A DNA stretch of 32,904 nucleotides, from positions 1 through 32,904 of IMG/VR virus record IMGVR_UViG_3300009702_000013. The stretch is one strand, 5' to 3'. This DNA is from a virus. Made by a program: the position numbers and the translations under genes. Below the pieces are notes generated by a model, which worked only from the letters and a program-made list of their open reading frames with translations, searched no databases and was not told where the DNA came from. This document shows, piece by piece, positions 30,432 to 32,904 of this stretch (position 1 is the first letter of the stretch; the number at the start of each line of letters is the position of its first letter).

Positions 30432-30651
30432 TCGTCTGAGTAAACACCATATCCTACCGATTAGCAGGGGTGGTAGAGACAAAGATGTTGTGTTTCTACC
30501 ATGCAAGGTACACGATGCCTACCATCGCCTATTCTCAAATCTCACACTGGAGGAGGCGCACACGTTCCTTGATGTGTTGATGACGCCGGGTGTCCGGTGG
30601 TACGGCAACACCATCATGGATTTACAGTGCAAGATACGGGGGAAGCCATGA
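30421..30651 (+). CDS. Small HNH-like endonuclease-motif protein (76 aa, cassette ORF3)
   Basis: An SD, AAGGAG, lies 9 nt upstream. KHHILPISRGGRDKDVVFLPCKVHDAYHRLF matches the HH-I-P-x-S-x-GG ... H..YH.LF pattern of small HNH proteins. Confidence 0.6.
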   Translation: MKNNRLSKHHILPISRGGRDKDVVFLPCKVHDAYHRLFSNLTLEEAHTFLDVLMTPGVRWYGNTIMDLQCKIRGKP

Positions 30652-30845
30652 GCAATTTCGTTTATCTGAAAAAGTGTCCGTGCCCACTTTGTAATCCGGA
30701 AGGAGAGTCCAACCCAATCTGCTTTGCGATAATCAATCGCAGGGCAAAACTGGCGTGGATTTTCTGCTCTCTTTGCATGTCCAGCTACAAGGCGCGCAAC
30801 GTAGTCATGAACGAAAGGAGCGACGATGAAGACACGACTACTTAA
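30648..30845 (+). CDS. Cys-rich zinc-ribbon-like protein (65 aa, cassette ORF4)
   Basis: Its ATG overlaps the ORF3 stop (ATGA). It has the cysteine pairs CPCPLC ... CSLC and an acidic tail. Confidence 0.5.
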   Translation: MSNFVYLKKCPCPLCNPEGESNPICFAIINRRAKLAWIFCSLCMSSYKARNVVMNERSDDEDTTT

Positions 30846-30915
30846 AATCCGTGTTATGTGGTGGATATTCACCACGGAAGTGAAGATGCTCTGGAAGCGA
30901 GTGTTCCCTCATTAG
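30826..30915 (+). CDS. Possible 29-aa peptide (cassette ORF5)
   Basis: An SD, GGAG, lies 5 nt upstream. It overlaps ORF4 by 20 nt. The peptide is MKTRLLKIRVMWWIFTTEVKMLWKRVFPH. Confidence 0.3.
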   Translation: MKTRLLKIRVMWWIFTTEVKMLWKRVFPH

Positions 30916-30922
30916 TACAAAG

Positions 30923-30964
30923 TCCACGAAAGTGGAAAGGGGAGTTTCGGCTCCCCTTATTATT
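30923..30964 (+). terminator. Tandem hairpins ending the cassette: TCCAC-GAAA-GTGGA, then AAGGGGAG-TTTCGG-CTCCCCTT followed by ATTATT
   Basis: This was read directly. The 8-bp GC-rich stem at 30937..30958 is followed by T-rich sequence. Confidence 0.6.
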
Positions 30965-30979
30965 CGGTAATGTAGTAAT

Positions 30980-31168
30980 ATGAAACACCAACTCCATTGG
31001 TTCAAAAATAGAATAGGCAAACGCATTTATCGTGATAAGTGTGGATGTACTTGCAAGATTTGCACACAAGCATGGCACAAGGGGGTTATAGTACGAGATG
31101 AGCAATACGCAGAATATCTCCACATGGTGCAGTATGATCTTGATATAAATTATAGGGATGAGAAATAA
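30980..31168 (+). CDS. Hypothetical Cys-rich small protein (62 aa)
   Basis: It is an ORF with a CGCTCKIC cluster and the AT-rich composition typical of the rest of the genome. Confidence 0.5.
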   Translation: MKHQLHWFKNRIGKRIYRDKCGCTCKICTQAWHKGVIVRDEQYAEYLHMVQYDLDINYRDEK

Positions 31169-31174
31169 AAGTTT

Positions 31175-31540
31175 ATGAAAAATAAAATTAAAAAAGAGTT
31201 TTGGAAAAAGTTATCTTCTTGTGGTTTTATATCATTCACCGATAGTGTTACTGAAGAAAAGAAAAATCTTGTTAATATAGTAGAAGATAGAGATGAAGTT
31301 ATATTTATTCATGGCGAGTTTGATAAATATGCTATAGAAGAATGGTTTGACCACACCATAGACCGAATAAGAGAGGACACTTTTAATATGAATATTTTAA
31401 TGGGGATAGAAATGGCACAAAAAGCTGCAAAACGTTCAAGTTATTATTACATACAAAAGTTGAAATATGAATTTGTAAAATCTAACCTTAAAAAAATAAA
31501 GAATAAAAGTTTATCCAAGAAATTAGAAATAAATTACTAA
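31175..31540 (+). CDS. Hypothetical protein (121 aa)
   Basis: It is an ORF with tight spacing to its neighbours and no recognised motif. Confidence 0.5.
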   Translation: MKNKIKKEFWKKLSSCGFISFTDSVTEEKKNLVNIVEDRDEVIFIHGEFDKYAIEEWFDHTIDRIREDTFNMNILMGIEMAQKAAKRSSYYYIQKLKYEFVKSNLKKIKNKSLSKKLEINY

Positions 31541-31543
31541 AAT

Positions 31544-31888
31544 ATGGGAACAAATTATTACACAAAAACAAAAAAATGTTCAGAGTGTGGGCGTAAACCA
31601 TAAGGAATACACCTCGGTAAAAGCTCTTTCGGGTGGCAATTTTCTTTCCAATATAATGGTGGGCAATACTATAAAAATGTTGATGAAATGAAAGAATGGT
31701 TGAAAGATAAAGAAATTGAAAATGAATACGGAGAAAAAGTTTCACACAAAGAGTTTTGGGATATGGTGAAAGAAAAACAAGTTAAAGGGAATAGAAATCC
31801 TGCTGAATATGCCAAAATATACTGCCCTGATTCGTTGAGAGATTTTACTATTGACGGATATTCGTTCTCAGATGTAGAGTTTAGTTAA
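31544..31888 (+). pseudogene. Conserved-looking phage gene interrupted by an in-frame TAA at 31601..31603. It may be a nonsense mutation, a readthrough site or a sequencing error.
   Basis: ATG 31544 gives MGTNYYTKTKKCSECGRKP, then TAA, then in the same frame GIHLGKSSFGWQFSFQYNGGQYYKNVDEMKEWLKDKEIENEYGEKVSHKEFWDM... The CxxCGR...H(I/L)GKSS.GW.F pattern spans the stop. Confidence 0.6.
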
Positions 31889-31901
31889 TAATATAAATAT
31901 T

Positions 31902-32213
31902 ATGGAGAAAAAAACATTCATAAAATTCATGAAAGAATGGCAGTACCTTGAAAAAGACGTCGAAAATGCGCGAAAGGCAATGAGGGCTCTTGCTCCAGAT
32001 TTTGGTGGCATATACCTCGACAGGCATTCTATTCTGATTGGTTCACTTCTCAAGGAAGCAATGGAAGACAGTGATGACTGGATTGGATATTGGGCATGGG
32101 AATGTAATTGGGGGAAACGAAAAGACTTTACTAGCAGTATTACAGACAAAGACGGGAAAAAGATACCATTCAAAACGCTCGGTGATTTATACGATTTAAT
32201 TACAAAAAAATAA
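31902..32213 (+). CDS. Hypothetical protein (103 aa)
   Basis: It is an ORF with no recognised catalytic motif. Confidence 0.55.
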   Translation: MEKKTFIKFMKEWQYLEKDVENARKAMRALAPDFGGIYLDRHSILIGSLLKEAMEDSDDWIGYWAWECNWGKRKDFTSSITDKDGKKIPFKTLGDLYDLITKK

Positions 32214-32215
32214 CT

Positions 32216-32353
32216 ATGCCATTCAAAGAAACAAAATACGGACAAACCCATTCATTCAATGATGGATGTGGAGAAGAAGAACATAATGAGAAAAATGATA
32301 AATCCCCAAGTACCAACCCACCACCCCAGTCAGAAGAACCTCTTACAAGCTAA
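32216..32353 (+). CDS. Possible small protein (45 aa)
   Basis: MPFKETKYGQTHSFNDGCGEEEHNEKNDKSPSTNPPPQSEEPLTS. Its ATG is 2 nt after the previous stop. The composition is low-complexity. Confidence 0.3.
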   Translation: MPFKETKYGQTHSFNDGCGEEEHNEKNDKSPSTNPPPQSEEPLTS

Positions 32354-32369
32354 TTTTAAGCGTTAAAAT

Positions 32370-32534
32370 ATGGCTAAGAATAAGGATAGTTTAATAAAAA
32401 CAATAAAGCAAAAATACGGTGTTGATTTAGGTTACAGCTCGGATGAACAATTTTATACTGCACTCAAAAAAGAAGGTGTACCATCTCTCTCAAAATTACT
32501 CAAAATGACAAACATTTATAAAATAAGTAAATAA
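32370..32534 (+). CDS. Possible small protein (54 aa)
   Basis: [54 protein letters not shown]. It ends 4 nt before the pentapeptide gene ATG. Confidence 0.4.
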   Translation: MAKNKDSLIKTIKQKYGVDLGYSSDEQFYTALKKEGVPSLSKLLKMTNIYKISK

Positions 32535-32538
32535 AATT

Positions 32539-32904
32539 ATGAAAATTACAAAACAACAAGTATTAGATAATTTAGAAGAAGTCAAAAAGTACATAAGTGA
32601 AGCAGAGAATAAGGTTGAAGAAAAAAACATAGGTGTTGCAATAAAAAACAGATGGACGGGAAATATAATTTTCCAATCAACTAAGACTACAATCATAGAG
32701 GCGGTTTTAGAAAGATTAGAGAGTGATACTGACCTCCGAGATGCTAACCTCCGAGGCGCTAACCTCCGAGGCGCTAACCTAAGTGGCGCTAACCTCAGTG
32801 GCGCTAACCTCAGTGGTGCTAACCTCTATGATGCTAACTTCCGAGGTGCTGACCTCTATGGTGCTAACCTCCGAGATGCTAACCTCCGAGGTGCTAATCT
32901 CTAT
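32539..32904 (+). CDS. Pentapeptide-repeat protein, N-terminal part. It runs off the window end and continues at position 124 after the terminal repeat is removed.
   Basis: ATG 32539 gives [86 protein letters not shown]... There is no stop before the window end, and the ORF is absent from the ORF track. Confidence 0.85.
   Translation, partial: MKITKQQVLDNLEEVKKYISEAENKVEEKNIGVAIKNRWTGNIIFQSTKTTIIEAVLERLESDTDLRDANLRGANLRGANLSGANLSGANLSGANLYDANFRGADLYGANLRDANLRGANLY
32782..32904. repeat. Right copy of the 123-bp terminal direct repeat
   Basis: It is identical to 1..123. Confidence 0.95.

Noticed and set aside
1-32904. Genome-wide reassignment of TAA to a sense codon
   Set aside because: TAA is the most common terminator in this genome, and it ends genes whose stops are overlapped or directly abutted by the next start codon. 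Examples are the portal TAA inside ATGGATAA at 16594..16601 and the terL TAA 1 nt before the portal ATG. Reading through those stops does not give protein-like sequence. I saw no tRNA-like element with a UUA anticodon in the intergenic regions. The two in-frame TAAs are therefore treated as local events.
1-32904. A lysogeny module (integrase, excisionase, CI-like repressor or attP)
   Set aside because: No ORF shows tyrosine- or serine-recombinase motifs. The only small DNA-binding candidate is the 52-aa RHH protein. The genome therefore reads as lytic or non-integrating, but this is negative evidence from inspection only.

Overview
The window looks like a complete, circularly closed genome of a tailed dsDNA phage with podovirus-like gene content. 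I saw no tape measure or tail tube gene. Bases 1..123 are identical to 32782..32904, so the unique length is 32,781 bp, and a pentapeptide-repeat gene runs across that junction. There are two divergent arms. The minus-strand arm (about 859..20954) runs RusA resolvase, an HExxH protein, small and large terminase, portal, scaffold, major capsid, a run of virion/tail proteins, a collagen-like fibre, a 739-aa fibre/spike and a four-gene lysis cassette. The plus-strand arm (21655..32904, continuing into 1..517) runs prim-pol/AAA_25 primase-helicase, SF2 helicase, PD-(D/E)XK nuclease, a Gp157-like protein, an SSB-like protein, an Rpf-like transglycosylase, an RHH regulator and many small accessory ORFs. 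The arms diverge at a repeat-dense control/origin-like region (20955..21654) and converge on two bidirectional terminators (about 548..725). Most genes lack a Shine-Dalgarno sequence and start after an A-rich ATAAAAAT-like context. Several minus-strand genes sit 7-10 nt after a TATAAT, which suggests leaderless or near-leaderless mRNAs. The most unusual observations are listed here. (1) Two otherwise intact genes are interrupted by in-frame TAA codons, and the downstream sequence still looks coding. (2) A GC-rich (about 50-58% against 20-40% in the flanks), SD-driven, self-contained five-ORF cassette carries an HNH-like and a zinc-ribbon ORF. (3) Back-to-back 10-nt and 9-nt microsatellite arrays with no G on one strand sit next to a TTTGCAC/GTGCAAA operator cluster and a consensus DnaA box. 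(4) Three 42-bp iteron-like repeats inside a coding region each carry a 7-bp dyad and multiple GATC sites, and are preceded by interleaved GC-rich inverted repeats. I saw no tRNA, rRNA, CRISPR array, integrase or reverse transcriptase by eye. All family assignments rest on motif recognition only, because no database search was possible.
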